From Micrococcaceae bacterium (GTDB lineage: Bacteria; Actinomycetota; Actinomycetes; Actinomycetales; Micrococcaceae): a stretch of 64,000 nt of DNA. Positions 12,869-23,082 of the stretch are shown one piece after another (the first letter of the stretch is position 1; each line of letters begins with the position of its first letter). The notes below the pieces were generated by a model. The model was not told where the DNA came from. It worked only from the letters and a program-made list of their open reading frames with translations, and did not search any database. The stretch lies in NCBI GenBank assembly GCA_052084925.1, contig JBQDEV010000015.1, positions 7,795 through 71,794 on the forward strand, written 5' to 3'. Made by a program: the position numbers and the translations under genes.

Positions 12869-13201
12869 TCACAGCACCCAGACGGCCCCCAGTGCGCTCA
12901 GCGCCAGCACGATCACCAAGGTGGTCATCCACAGCACGGCCCAGACATCGGCGCGCACTCGTTCTGAGGTGATGCCGTGCGATTGCGTGGTGTACCGGGC
13001 CCGCTGCGAGAAATGAATGCCGCCAGCGGCCGCCGCGCACAACAGGGCCGGGGCGAACGTGATCAGGCCCTGCTCGGGGTACCAGCGCAGGAAGAACAGT
13101 GCGGTCACGCACAGCGCCATCAGGGTCCGCGACCAGCTCATCACGGTGCGCTCCGGTTGTAGCCCCGGATCCGCGTGCCGCGAGTGCGCCGTCGTCGTCA
13201 C
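12869..13201 (-). CDS. DUF202 (YidH-like) membrane protein
   Basis: The DUF202 signature PERTVMSWSRTLMAL lies upstream of the first ATG. I therefore place the start at GTG 13201, which overlaps the upstream stop as GTGA. 2-3 TM segments. Confidence 0.55.
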   Translation of the reverse strand: MTTTAHSRHADPGLQPERTVMSWSRTLMALCVTALFFLRWYPEQGLITFAPALLCAAAAGGIHFSQRARYTTQSHGITSERVRADVWAVLWMTTLVIVLALSALGAVWVL

Positions 13202-13584
13202 ACCATCACCATGATGAACACGACGGCGGCTGCCATCGCGGTGCCCAGGGCGAGCAGCGGGGCCAGCACCGGCAGCGGTAGCGCCCGCCCGCGGCGCATG
13301 GCCCGCTCCACGCGGATCCAACGGAACACCGCACTGAAGGCGATTACCGCGGCTAGCACCAGCAGGATCGAGCCCAGCACCCGGCGCGTCATCTCATCGA
13401 AGAGTGCCCCGGTGAAGGCCTCCACGGCGACGCCTCCGGCCAGCAGCGCCAGCGAGGTGCGGATCCAGGCGAGGAAGGTCCGCTCGTTGGCCAGGGTGAA
13501 GCGCGGGTCGGGTTCATCTCCCCCGGCCAGCAGCCGCTGCGCCACGGTGGACCGTGGCGGGGGCGTATCAGAGGACGTACTCAT
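13198..13584 (-). CDS. DUF202 (YidH-like) membrane protein
   Basis: 128 aa. Signature FTLANERTFLAWIRTSLALLAGGVAV followed by further TM helices. Confidence 0.65.
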   Translation of the reverse strand: MSTSSDTPPPRSTVAQRLLAGGDEPDPRFTLANERTFLAWIRTSLALLAGGVAVEAFTGALFDEMTRRVLGSILLVLAAVIAFSAVFRWIRVERAMRRGRALPLPVLAPLLALGTAMAAAVVFIMVMV

Positions 13585-13714
13585 GGCATCAGCCTACTCG
13601 TATCTCAGCATCCGAATCCCGACTGGGTCCCACGGCCGCGCGCGAGTAAACTCCGAGGTTGGCGGGGCCGGTTCCCCGTCGCCGTCTCCGATCGCTCCGA
13701 CGTCAGTGAGGACC

Positions 13715-14848
13715 ATGTCCACCCCCGATTCTTCCGCCGCCACCCCCGCTGCCCGTCAGCCGAGCCCGGAGCAGATCAAGCGCTGGCGGCGTTACCTCTC
13801 CGACGAGATCGTGGAGGGCCAGATCTACCGCGACATCGCCGCCCGCAAGTCCGGCCCCGACCGGGAGATCCTGCTGGGGCTGGCCGAGGCCGAGAAGCGG
13901 CACGAGAATCATTGGCGCACCCTGCTGGGCTCCCACGCCGAGCATCCGCCACGGCCCTCCCTGCGCAGGGTCCTGCTGCGCTGGCTGGCACGGCTCTTCG
14001 GCTCCGTGTTCGTGCTGGCACTCATCCAGCGCGCCGAATCCGATTCCCCCTACACCCGGGATAAGGACGCCCCCGAGGGCATGGCCGCCGATGAGGCCAT
14101 CCACGAGGAGGTGGTGCGCGGGCTGGCTGCCCGCGGACGCGAACAACTGGCCGGCAACTTCCGTGCCGCCGTCTTCGGGGCCAACGATGGGCTCGTCTCC
14201 AACCTGGCCCTGGTGATGGGCATCGGCGCGACCAGCGTCTCCACCGAAGTGGTGCTCTTCACCGGACTGGCCGGGCTGCTGGCCGGGGCGCTGTCGATGG
14301 GTGCTGGCGAATTCGTCTCCGTGCGCTCCCAGCGCGAGCTGCTGGAGGCCTCCGCTCCCACCCAGATCACCCTCGACGCCGCCAGTCATCTGGATTTGGA
14401 CCAGAACGAGTTGGAGCTGGTCTACCGGGCGCGCGGCATGAACGAGGCGGAGGCCCACCACCGTGCCCAGGAGCGACTCGGCTACTTCACCTGCGACTGC
14501 AACCCCAGCTACTCGGCCCGCCCCGACGGCTCCCAGGGACCGGTGGACCACTCGGACGAACACGCCGAGATCGGCAACGCCTGGGGTGCGGCCGCCTCCA
14601 GCTTCTGCTTCTTCGCCTCCGGAGCCATCATCCCGGTGCTGCCCTTCCTGCTCGGCGCCACCGGCATCACCGCCCTGCTGTGGGCGATGGCTTTGGTTTC
14701 CGTCGCACTGCTCGGAACCGGCGGTGTCGTCGGCCTGCTCTCGGGGGCGTCCCCGCTCAAGCGAGCCCTGCGGCAGCTGCTCATCGGCCTCGGCGCCGCC
14801 ATCGCCACCTATCTGCTGGGGCTGCTCTTCGACGTCTCCATCGCCTAG
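13715..14848 (+). CDS. VIT1/CCC1-family Fe/Mn transporter with N-terminal ferritin-like (rubrerythrin-type) domain
   Basis: ATG 13715 (MSTPDSSAATP...). N-terminal domain: EIVEGQIYRDIA ... EAEKRHENHW. C-terminal VIT1 membrane domain: FGANDGLVSNLALVMG ... GAGEFVSVRSQRE. Confidence 0.75.
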   Translation: MSTPDSSAATPAARQPSPEQIKRWRRYLSDEIVEGQIYRDIAARKSGPDREILLGLAEAEKRHENHWRTLLGSHAEHPPRPSLRRVLLRWLARLFGSVFVLALIQRAESDSPYTRDKDAPEGMAADEAIHEEVVRGLAARGREQLAGNFRAAVFGANDGLVSNLALVMGIGATSVSTEVVLFTGLAGLLAGALSMGAGEFVSVRSQRELLEASAPTQITLDAASHLDLDQNELELVYRARGMNEAEAHHRAQERLGYFTCDCNPSYSARPDGSQGPVDHSDEHAEIGNAWGAAASSFCFFASGAIIPVLPFLLGATGITALLWAMALVSVALLGTGGVVGLLSGASPLKRALRQLLIGLGAAIATYLLGLLFDVSIA

Positions 14849-14939
14849 GGAACCTGACCTACTCCCCCTGTTTTCCCCCCTGTTCATCTTGTGTCCTAAT
14901 GTTCCCTCGCTGGTTTTGCACCCCGTTAGAGTGGATCGC

Positions 14940-15974
14940 ATGACCATGATGATCACCGACCTGACTTCGCCGCGCCTGCTCGCCGGACGCCCGGTGCGCC
15001 CCATCGGCCTGGGCTGCATGAACCTCAACCACGGATACACCCGTTTTCTCGACGACGCCGCCGCCGTCGACCTGCTGGTACGGGCCGTCACGGAGGCCGG
15101 GGTCGACCACCTCGATACCGCGACCCTGTACGGGGGCGGGCGCAATGAGGAACTCGTCGGTCGGGCAGTGGCCACCACCACCTCGCAGGGTCGGCTCCGG
15201 GACCGGGTGCTGCTGGCCTCAAAGTGCGGGCTGACGAAAACCGGGGATCGGCGCATCGATGGCCGTCCGGAGACGCTGCGCGCCCAGGTCGACGCCTCAC
15301 TACAACGGTTACAGACCGACCACATCGACTTGTACTACCTGCACCGCCTGGACCCACAGGTTCCGGTGGAGGAATCGGCCGGGGCGCTGGCCGAGATGAT
15401 CCAGCAGGGCAAAATCGGCGCCTACGGGCTCTCCGAGGTGTCCGCCTCGACGCTGCGCCGGGCCCAGGAGGTGCATCCGGTCGCCGCCGTGCAGAACGAG
15501 TACTCGCTGTGGACGCGCAACCCGGAGTGGGGCTTGCTCGAGGCTTGCCGCGAAACCGGCACCGTGCTGGTGGCCTTCTCTCCGGTTGCTCGCGGTTTCC
15601 TGTCCGATGCACCCCCGCGGATCGAGGATTTCGCGCACACCGATGTGCGCCGCACCATGCCCCGGTTCTCGGAGGAGAACTATCCGCAGAACCTGCGCCT
15701 GCTCGAGTCCCTGACCGAGCAGGCCCGCCAGCACGGGACCTCCGTGGCCGCGCTCTCCCTGGCCTGGGTGCTCGCCCAGGGCGAGAACGTCGTCGCCATC
15801 CCGGGCACCACGAGCTGGGAGCACCTGCTCGAGGATCAGTCGGCGGAGCAGCTGAGCCTGAACCCGGTGGAGGTGCGGCGTCTGGGCGATATCGTGAACC
15901 ACTCCACGGTCCACGGGCACCGCTACGCCGAGAAGGCCCGGTCCACCATCGACACCGAGGACGCTCCGGCGTGA
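14940..15974 (+). CDS. Aldo/keto reductase
   Basis: ATG 14940. Motifs LDTATLYGGGRNEELVG, IDLYYLHRLDP and VQNEYSLW are typical of the AKR11/13 type. Confidence 0.85.
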   Translation: MTMMITDLTSPRLLAGRPVRPIGLGCMNLNHGYTRFLDDAAAVDLLVRAVTEAGVDHLDTATLYGGGRNEELVGRAVATTTSQGRLRDRVLLASKCGLTKTGDRRIDGRPETLRAQVDASLQRLQTDHIDLYYLHRLDPQVPVEESAGALAEMIQQGKIGAYGLSEVSASTLRRAQEVHPVAAVQNEYSLWTRNPEWGLLEACRETGTVLVAFSPVARGFLSDAPPRIEDFAHTDVRRTMPRFSEENYPQNLRLLESLTEQARQHGTSVAALSLAWVLAQGENVVAIPGTTSWEHLLEDQSAEQLSLNPVEVRRLGDIVNHSTVHGHRYAEKARSTIDTEDAPA

Positions 15975-16744
15975 GCCTGAACGACGCCGTGCGCTCGGCG
16001 CCCGCACATCCGGATCACGAAGATCCCTGGGCGCTGCAGTTGGTGGTCCACCGGGTCAAGGCCGACCCGGCACAGCATCGGGACGTGCTGGCCGCCGCCG
16101 CCACCGCGGTGGTCCGCCTCCTCGACGACACCCGCACCCACGACGGCGGTCTGTGGGCGTCAGCGGTGGCGCATTGGCGCGCGGGCTGGATCCGCAAGGT
16201 CACCCGCCGGGCCGAGAACAAGCGCTGGGAGGATGTTCAGGCGCTGCCCGGCGTCACCGTTTCCCTGGACACCGTGCCGCCCGCGGAAGTCCGTGCCATC
16301 GTGCCGGGACCGCTGGCTCCCCTGCCGCCGGAGCTGAAGAAGCTGCAGGTGGGCGGCACCGAGTTCCCGCGCACCGAGGAGTCAGCACCCGCCGAAGATC
16401 CCGCGGCGGGACCCACATCAGAACCGAGGCAGACCCACGACGACGCGGTCGTCACCGTGATGATGGCTCCCGTGCTGGGCCTGTCCACCGGCAAAGCCGC
16501 CGCGCAGGCCGGTCATGCCGCTCAGCTGGCCTACGAGCGACTGCGTACGGTCGCAGCCGGGCAGGGTCCTGAGGCGGAAACCGCGGCCTCGTTGCTGCAG
16601 CGCTGGCGAGACCAGGAGTTCCGGGTGCGGGTGCTGGAGGCCGATGAACTGCGCTGGGCGAGTACGACCGCCCCGGTCCAGGTCATCGATGCGGGACTGA
16701 CCGAGGTCAACGGGCCCACCGAAACCGCCCGAGCCCTCTGGTAG
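15971..16744 (+). CDS. Peptidyl-tRNA hydrolase PTH2-family protein (extended)
   Basis: GTG 15971 overlaps the AKR stop (GTGA). The C-terminal half has LSTGKAAAQAGHAAQLAYE and VIDAGLTEV, as in PTH2. A Pro-rich insert makes it about 257 aa. Confidence 0.5.
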   Translation: MSLNDAVRSAPAHPDHEDPWALQLVVHRVKADPAQHRDVLAAAATAVVRLLDDTRTHDGGLWASAVAHWRAGWIRKVTRRAENKRWEDVQALPGVTVSLDTVPPAEVRAIVPGPLAPLPPELKKLQVGGTEFPRTEESAPAEDPAAGPTSEPRQTHDDAVVTVMMAPVLGLSTGKAAAQAGHAAQLAYERLRTVAAGQGPEAETAASLLQRWRDQEFRVRVLEADELRWASTTAPVQVIDAGLTEVNGPTETARALW

Positions 16745-16768
16745 GTTTACAGATTCAGCCGATGTTGG

Positions 16769-17221
16769 GTGGTACTCACCATGCTAGGAAGAATGAAAGT
16801 AGCAACGATCGCCGTGTTGGGTTCGTTGATATGCCTCACTGTGGTGGCTTGCGCCCAGGGGAACCAAACGACCTCCGGTGCCAGTTCATCATCCCAACGT
16901 GACTCCGCATCCTCCAACAGTTCAGGGCGTTTCCAGCTCATGGAAACTCAGAGCGATCTCGAGAATCTCCGCAGCGTGCAGTGGGACGACTGGGAATTGC
17001 ACGAAACTGACACCATTCGGTTGTACTTCGTTGCCGAACCCCGGGAATGCTACGCCGTCATGCCAACGGTAGAAATGACCCAAGAGAGCGTCATCGTCAA
17101 CTTGCAGGTCGGAACAATACCCGGTGCAGGGGAATGCACCGCAGACCTCAAGGAATCTGCCGTTGACATCACACTTGATCAAGAACTAGGGAGTCGCAGC
17201 GTCGTGTCGTCTTCTCGATGA
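16769..17221 (+). CDS. Hypothetical secreted lipoprotein in a lower-GC patch
   Basis: Signal peptide plus lipobox (IAVLGSLICLTVVAC-AQGN). Codon usage is visibly more A/T-rich than the flanks. No family recognised. Confidence 0.55.
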   Translation: MVLTMLGRMKVATIAVLGSLICLTVVACAQGNQTTSGASSSSQRDSASSNSSGRFQLMETQSDLENLRSVQWDDWELHETDTIRLYFVAEPRECYAVMPTVEMTQESVIVNLQVGTIPGAGECTADLKESAVDITLDQELGSRSVVSSSR

Positions 17222-17326
17222 GGAATACTGTCGTCGATCGCGCCCTCCGCTCCTCCAAAAAGTCGAGTTCTCTCACCGGAGTAGCTTGCGGCGACGATCG
17301 TTGTACGGCATGCTGACTTCGCAGAA

Positions 17327-17381
17327 ACGACCGGGCGCCCGGGCCCGGCTCGTGATGAGCCAGTCCCGGGCGCCCGGTCGT
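17327..17381. terminator. Hairpin between the convergent lipoprotein gene and sucD
   Basis: ACGACCGGGCGCCCGGG ... CCCGGGCGCCCGGTCGT. 17-bp perfect arms around a ~21-nt loop, followed by TGT on the plus strand. Confidence 0.55.
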
Positions 17382-17393
17382 TGTCGCGGTGGA

Positions 17394-18314
17394 TCAGCCG
17401 CGGTTCTGCAGGATCTCGCGCATCAGCTGAGCGGTTTCGGAGGGGGTCTTACCCACCTTCACGCCCGCGGCCTCGAGAGCTTCCTTCTTGGCCTCCGCGG
17501 TGCCTGAGGAGCCGGAGACGATGGCGCCGGCGTGGCCCATGGTCTTGCCCTCGGGAGCGGTGAAGCCAGCCACGTAGCCGACGACCGGCTTGGTGACGTT
17601 GGCCTTGATGAAGTCCGCGGCACGCTCCTCGGCGTCGCCACCGATCTCGCCGATCATCACGATGGCTTCGGTCTCCGGGTCCGCCTCGAACGCAGCCAGG
17701 GCGTCGATGTGGGTGGTACCGATGACCGGGTCGCCGCCGATGCCGATGGCGGTGGAGAAGCCGAAGTCACGCAGCTCGTACATCATCTGGTAGGTCAAGG
17801 TCCCCGACTTGGACACCAGGCCGATGGGGCCGGATCCGGTGATGTTCGCCGGGGTGATGCCTGCCAGGGCCTGACCCGGAGTGATCACGCCGGGGCAGTT
17901 CGGGCCGATGATGCGGGTGGTGGGCTTGCCCTCGGCGTCGGTCTTGGACTCGGCCAGAGCGTAGAACTCAGCCGAATCCTGGACCGGGATGCCTTCGGTG
18001 ATGACGACGAGCAGCGGAATCTCTGCCTCGATCGCCTCCACGGCGGCGTCCTTGGCGAACTTCGGAGGCACGAAGGCCACCGACACGTCCGCGCCGGTCT
18101 TCTCCATGGCCTCGGCCACGGAACCGAAGACGGGCAGGTCAACCTCGTAGCCCTCGGAGTGGGTGTGGGTCACGGTGGTGCCCGCCTTGCGAGCGTTCAC
18201 GCCGCCCACAATGTTGGTCCCGGCCTTGAGCATCAGGGCGGTGTGCTTGGTGCCTTCGCCGCCGGTGATGCCCTGGACGATGACCTTGGAATCCTTGTTC
18301 AGGTAGATAGACAT
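17394..18314 (-). CDS. sucD: Succinyl-CoA synthetase subunit alpha
   Basis: [25 protein letters not shown] ... GHAGAIVSG (phospho-His loop). Confidence 0.95.
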   Translation of the reverse strand: MSIYLNKDSKVIVQGITGGEGTKHTALMLKAGTNIVGGVNARKAGTTVTHTHSEGYEVDLPVFGSVAEAMEKTGADVSVAFVPPKFAKDAAVEAIEAEIPLLVVITEGIPVQDSAEFYALAESKTDAEGKPTTRIIGPNCPGVITPGQALAGITPANITGSGPIGLVSKSGTLTYQMMYELRDFGFSTAIGIGGDPVIGTTHIDALAAFEADPETEAIVMIGEIGGDAEERAADFIKANVTKPVVGYVAGFTAPEGKTMGHAGAIVSGSSGTAEAKKEALEAAGVKVGKTPSETAQLMREILQNRG

Positions 18315-18338
18315 GGGGTGTGGTCCGTCCTTACGTGC

Positions 18339-19502
18339 TTACTTGTTGGCCAGCTCGGCGGCCTTGTCGGCGCCTTCGTCCATCGTGGTGGCCAGGGTGA
18401 CGAGCGGGTGGTTGGCGTCGGCCAGGATCTGGCGGCCTTCCTCCACGTTGTTGCCGTCCAGGCGGACGACGAGCGGCTTGGTGGCGGAATCGCCGAGGAT
18501 CTCCAGCGCCTTGACGATGCCGTTAGCCACGGCGTCGCAGGAGGTGATGCCGCCGAAGACGTTGACGAACACGGACTTGACCTGCTCGTCGCCGAGGATG
18601 ACGTCGAGGCCGTTGGCCATGACCTCAGCCGAGGCACCGCCGCCGATGTCCAGGAAGTTGGCGGGCTTCACGTTGCCGTGGTTCTCGCCGGCGTAGGCGA
18701 CGACGTCGAGGGTCGACATCACCAGGCCTGCGCCGTTACCGATGATGCCCACCTGGCCGTCGAGCTTGACGTAGTTGAGGTCGCTCTCCTTGGCCTTGGC
18801 CTCCAGCGGATCCTCGGTGCGCTTATCAACCAGGGCGCCGTGGCCTTCCTGGCGGAATTCGGCGTTCTCGTCGAGGGATACCTTGCCGTCGAGGGCGAGG
18901 ATCTGACCGTCGCCGGTCTTCACCAACGGGTTCACCTCGACCAGGGTGGCGTCTTCGCCGTCGAACACGTCCCAGAGCTTGACGATGACGTCGGCCACCG
19001 GGCCGCGCAGTTCCTCGGGGAAGTTCGCCTCGGCCACGATCTTCGCGGCGGTGTCGGCGTCGATGCCAGTCAGGGCGGAGACGGGAACCTTGGCCAGGGC
19101 CTCAGGACGCTCCACTGCGAGCTGTTCGATCTCCATGCCGCCTTCCACCGAGCACATGGCCAGGTAGGTGCGGTTGGCGCGATCCAGGAGCACGGAGAAG
19201 TAGTATTCCTCCGCGATGTCGGCACCCTGGGCGATCATCACCTGGTGCACGGTGTGCCCCTTGATGTCCATGCCGAGGATGGCCTTCGCGTGCTCGTAGG
19301 CTTCGTCGGCGGTCTTCGCGACCTTGACGCCACCGGCCTTGCCGCGACCGCCGACTTTGACCTGAGCCTTCACGACGGTGACTCCGCCGATCTTCTCGGC
19401 CGCAGCCTTGGCTTCTTCCGGGGTTTGCGCCACGATGCCGGCCAGCACGGGTACACCGTGTGCCTCGAACATATCGCGTGCCTGGTACTCATACAGGTCC
19501 AC
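18339..19502 (-). CDS. sucC: Succinyl-CoA synthetase subunit beta
   Basis: GTG 19502: (M)[18 protein letters not shown] ... ATP-grasp domain plus ligase-CoA domain (NIFGGITRC-like [11 protein letters not shown]). Confidence 0.95.
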   Translation of the reverse strand: MDLYEYQARDMFEAHGVPVLAGIVAQTPEEAKAAAEKIGGVTVVKAQVKVGGRGKAGGVKVAKTADEAYEHAKAILGMDIKGHTVHQVMIAQGADIAEEYYFSVLLDRANRTYLAMCSVEGGMEIEQLAVERPEALAKVPVSALTGIDADTAAKIVAEANFPEELRGPVADVIVKLWDVFDGEDATLVEVNPLVKTGDGQILALDGKVSLDENAEFRQEGHGALVDKRTEDPLEAKAKESDLNYVKLDGQVGIIGNGAGLVMSTLDVVAYAGENHGNVKPANFLDIGGGASAEVMANGLDVILGDEQVKSVFVNVFGGITSCDAVANGIVKALEILGDSATKPLVVRLDGNNVEEGRQILADANHPLVTLATTMDEGADKAAELANK

Positions 19503-19525
19503 GGGAATTAAGTCCTTCTGCCTTG

Positions 19526-19531
19526 ACTATA
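19526..19531 (-). promoter_or_regulatory. Candidate -10 box (TATAGT) for sucCD
   Basis: The minus strand reads ...CCCTATAGTCAAGGCAGAAGGACTTAATTCCC-GTG. TATAGT lies 23 nt upstream of the start, with a GAAGGA RBS in between. No convincing -35. Confidence 0.3.
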
Positions 19532-19669
19532 GGGATGATGAGCGCTGGTTCGGGGAACGCCCCGAATCATGCGCGCTCAAGAAGGATCCGGACACGCCGG
19601 ATCGTCCTCTCCAACCTTAGACCAGACGGGCCGAGTTTGCAGGGTTTCGGCCGGGATGCGACGGATCGT

Positions 19670-22180
19670 TCAGGACTCGATCCGAGACAGCGGTGCGTAG
19701 CGCAGCAGCAGCCGCTTCTCGGTGCCACCGAAGACCACCGTGGCGACCGTCTTGTCGCCGGTTCCGGTCAGGGCTGTGACCTGGCCTTCTCCGAAGCTGA
19801 CGTGACTGACGCGGTCACCGACGGACAGCGAGATCATCTCCTTGCCTTCGTCGACACGACGCCGAGTTCCCCCGGTAGCAGAACGAGCCGCAGGACGGAT
19901 CACCTCGCGGTTGCCCTCCTCGTCGCGGGCGCCGCCGTAGTTCGATTTCGAGGTCGACGCTCCCCAATGCGAACCGGTGAACCGCTGGTTGTAGCGCGAG
20001 CCCGGTGAGGCGAAGCCACCGATGGAGCCGCCGCCGAAGGAACCCGGGTTCGTCCGGCCCACGCGTTCCCACTCGATGAGGTCTTCCGGGATCTCGCCGA
20101 GGAACTGGCTCGGCGGGTTGAACTGGTGCTGCCCCCACAGCGAACGCGCCTCGGCGCGGGAGAGGAAGAGCCGCTTCCGGGCCCGGGTCAGGCCCACGTA
20201 GGCCAGGCGGCGCTCTTCGGCGAGCTCCTTCTCATCGGTCATGGACCGGGCATGCGGAAACACCCCATGCTCCATGCCGGTGAGGAACACCACCGGGAAC
20301 TCCAGGCCCTTGGCGGTGTGCAGGGTCATCAGCGTGACCTGACCGAGTTGGTCTGCCAGGCGCTCCCCCTCGTCGTCAGGAGCGGAGGGCAGCTGGTCGG
20401 CGTCCGCTACCAAGGCCACCTGCTCGAGGAACTCACCCAGGGTGCCCTGGAGGTGGGTCTTCTCGAATTCGCGCACCACGGCCACGAGCTCACCGAGGTT
20501 ATCGGCACGGGATTCATCCTGCAGGTCCTCGGATTCGCGCAGGTTCTGCAGCATTCCGGTCTGCTCCAGCACCGCTTCCAGCACGGTGGCCGGCCCTTGC
20601 GTCGAGGCGATTTCCGTGAGGTCGTCCATCAGCTGCACGAACCCGACAATGGATTTCACCGACCGGGTGGCCACCCCGGGCGCCTCTTGGGCCCGGCGCA
20701 GTGCTTCCATGAACGTGATCCGTTCCCGCTGCTGCAGCGCCGCCACCGCACCTTCGGCACGGTCGCCGATGCCACGCTTGGGCTCGTTGAGGATCCGGCG
20801 CAGGTTCACGTCGTCGTCGGGGTTGTCGATCACCCGCAGATAGGCCAGCGCGTCCTTGATCTCCTTGCGATCGTAGAAGCGGGTGCCTCCGACGACGCGG
20901 TACGGGATGCCCTTGGCAATCAGGCGCTCTTCCAGTGAACGCGACTGGGCGTTGGTCCGGTAGAACACAGCAATATCGGCGGGACGGATCCCGTCGGAGT
21001 CCATCAGCTCATCGACTTTGCCGGCGATCCATTCCGCCTCCGAGGTCTCGGATTCGGCGGCATAGCCGACGATCTTCTCCCCCGGCCCCTCGGCGGTCCA
21101 CAGGTTCTTCTTGGTCCGTGCCGGGTTCTTCGAGATCACGGCGTTGGCCGCATCGAGGATCGTCTGGGTCGAGCGGTAGTTCTGTTCGAGTTTGATGGTG
21201 GTCGCATCCGTGTAGTCCTGCTCGAATTCGACGATGTTGCGGATGTCGGCACCACGGAAGGCATAGATGGACTGGTCGGAGTCACCGACCACGGTCAGTT
21301 GCCCGCCCGGGGTTTCCACGCCTTGTGGCTCCTGGGCCGGACCGGTGAGCAGGCGCACCAGTCGGTATTGGGCGTGGTTGGTGTCCTGGTACTCATCCAC
21401 GAGCACGTACCGGAACCGACGACGGTAGTTGTCCAGCACGCCGGGGAAGGCTTCAAACATGTGGACCGTGGTGGCGATCAGATCGTCGAAGTCCATCGCG
21501 TTGGCCTGACGCAGCCGGGAGGCGTACTCGGAATACACCGTAGCCACCGCCTGGTTGTATGGATCTGCCGCCGCGGTGGAGGCGAACGAGTCCGCGTCGA
21601 TGAGTTCGTTCTTCAACGCGCTGATCTTGTTCAGCAGTGCCTTGGGTGCGAAGCGCTTCGGATCCAGATCGTTGAGCTTGGCGATGGTGGTCACCAGGCG
21701 CAGCGAATCGGCCGAGTCGTAGATCGAGAAGTTCGATTTGAGTCCCACATTCGTGGCCTCGCGGCGCAGGATGCGCACGCAGGACGAGTGAAAGGTGGAG
21801 ATCCACATCTGCTGAGCCGCGGCACCAATGAGGGAGGTGATGCGCTCGCGCATCTCGGCGGCGGCCTTGTTGGTGAAGGTGATCGCCATGAACTCATGCG
21901 GACGCGCTGCCCCGGTGGCCAGTAACCAGGCGATGCGGTGTGTCAGCACGCGGGTCTTGCCCGATCCGGCCCCGGCGACGATCAGCAGCGGCCCGGCGGC
22001 ATGCTGCACCGCCTGGGCCTGCGGGTCGTTGAGACCCTGGACGAGCTCACCGTCCGGGGTCGACCGCGGCGCCGAGGCCGCCGGCTGCGCGGTGAACTCC
22101 GGGTCGGCCAGCGAGGCTCCCGGACGCGCGGTGAATGCGGGCAAGAAACCGGGCAATGAAGTTTGATGATCCTGAGCCAT
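19670..22180 (-). CDS. pcrA: ATP-dependent DNA helicase PcrA/UvrD1 (SF1)
   Basis: Walker A AGAGSGKTRVLTHR, VDEYQDTN, VGDSDQSIYAFRGA, and a C-terminal Tudor-like segment (GDRVSHVSFGEGQV). Start is ATG 22180 (alternative GTG 22189). Confidence 0.9.
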   Translation of the reverse strand: MAQDHQTSLPGFLPAFTARPGASLADPEFTAQPAASAPRSTPDGELVQGLNDPQAQAVQHAAGPLLIVAGAGSGKTRVLTHRIAWLLATGAARPHEFMAITFTNKAAAEMRERITSLIGAAAQQMWISTFHSSCVRILRREATNVGLKSNFSIYDSADSLRLVTTIAKLNDLDPKRFAPKALLNKISALKNELIDADSFASTAAADPYNQAVATVYSEYASRLRQANAMDFDDLIATTVHMFEAFPGVLDNYRRRFRYVLVDEYQDTNHAQYRLVRLLTGPAQEPQGVETPGGQLTVVGDSDQSIYAFRGADIRNIVEFEQDYTDATTIKLEQNYRSTQTILDAANAVISKNPARTKKNLWTAEGPGEKIVGYAAESETSEAEWIAGKVDELMDSDGIRPADIAVFYRTNAQSRSLEERLIAKGIPYRVVGGTRFYDRKEIKDALAYLRVIDNPDDDVNLRRILNEPKRGIGDRAEGAVAALQQRERITFMEALRRAQEAPGVATRSVKSIVGFVQLMDDLTEIASTQGPATVLEAVLEQTGMLQNLRESEDLQDESRADNLGELVAVVREFEKTHLQGTLGEFLEQVALVADADQLPSAPDDEGERLADQLGQVTLMTLHTAKGLEFPVVFLTGMEHGVFPHARSMTDEKELAEERRLAYVGLTRARKRLFLSRAEARSLWGQHQFNPPSQFLGEIPEDLIEWERVGRTNPGSFGGGSIGGFASPGSRYNQRFTGSHWGASTSKSNYGGARDEEGNREVIRPAARSATGGTRRRVDEGKEMISLSVGDRVSHVSFGEGQVTALTGTGDKTVATVVFGGTEKRLLLRYAPLSRIES

Positions 22181-22426
22181 GATGCCCACCAGTCTAGTGC
22201 CCCGCTGCGGTCGTCCGGCGCTGAGACCGCGTTGTCCACAGGAACGCTCGGACAGATCCCCGTAGAATGGTGGGGCAATGCGGATCGCGTTGCGGATCTT
22301 GCACCCGGAGGTACAGTGGCACGCTCGAAGGACAACCGACCGAATCGGCCCGAACGGCCCCGAGTCACGGTGTCACAGGCGCGGGACGACCTGCAGCGCT
22401 CAGGTCAGCAGCAAGGTAGCCCCGGG

Positions 22427-22921
22427 ATGCTCATCATTGCCCTGTTGGGCACCTTGGCGTTCATCGCGTTCTATTATCACGGTCTCGTCCTGGACCAGAT
22501 GACGCAGCTCAGCAACGGGCTGCCCATGCTCGATCACCGCTTCACCGGATACTCGCTCGACGACGTCACCGCCCTGGCCACCGTGATGGACGAGGATGCC
22601 CTGGGCCAGCTGAATTGGGTGCACAAGACCGCGGGGATCATCTTCCCCCTAACCGTCGCGCTGGCCGTCTCCGTGGTGGGCGCCTGGTCGCTGCGCAGCG
22701 TGCCGCTGCGGTGGGTGACTCTGGGTGCTGGTGTTATCTTCGCCGTCGTGGATATCTGGGAGAACGCGGCCATCGAGCGCGCTCTGCACGAGCTGACGGC
22801 CGACGCCGTCGCCACAGCCAGCCTGCTGACGCAGCTCCGCTGGGTCCTCTTGGTGGTGCTGATGGTCTGGCTCGTGCTCCTGCTCATCCGGCGCTTCCAA
22901 CAGCGCGGTTCTGTAGACTAG
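22427..22921 (+). CDS. Hypothetical membrane protein
   Basis: ATG 22427 (MLIIALLGTLAFIAFYYHG...) with four hydrophobic segments. The upstream part of the tracked ORF overlaps the pcrA 5' region and is unlikely to be coding. Confidence 0.5.
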   Translation: MLIIALLGTLAFIAFYYHGLVLDQMTQLSNGLPMLDHRFTGYSLDDVTALATVMDEDALGQLNWVHKTAGIIFPLTVALAVSVVGAWSLRSVPLRWVTLGAGVIFAVVDIWENAAIERALHELTADAVATASLLTQLRWVLLVVLMVWLVLLLIRRFQQRGSVD

Positions 22922-22929
22922 TGCGGTGC

Positions 22930-23002
22930 GCCTCAGTAGCTCAGGGGATAGAGCAACCCTCTCCTAAAGGGTAGGTCGTAGGTTCGAATCCTATCTGGGG
23001 CA
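22930..23002 (+). tRNA. tRNA-Arg (anticodon CCT)
   Basis: Hand-folded. Acceptor GCCTCAG/CTGGGGC (one G-U pair). D arm GCTC-AGGGGATA-GAGC. Anticodon stem ACCCT/AGGGT with loop CTCCTAA. T arm GTAGG-TTCGAAT-CCTAT. Discriminator A. No encoded CCA. Confidence 0.85.
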
Positions 23003-23082
23003 CGACCGATCACTCCTGCCGTAGACAGCCCCGACGCTGATCCACCCCGCAGGTTGCTGACCGCAACGATGAGGTAGAGAAG

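Noticed and set aside
13703-15325. 540-aa minus-strand ORF
   Set aside because: Antisense to the VIT1 and aldo/keto reductase genes, both of which have clear family motifs.
17532-19511. 659-aa plus-strand ORF
   Set aside because: Entirely antisense to sucD/sucC, which are unambiguous. Gly/Asp/Val/His-rich nonsense composition.
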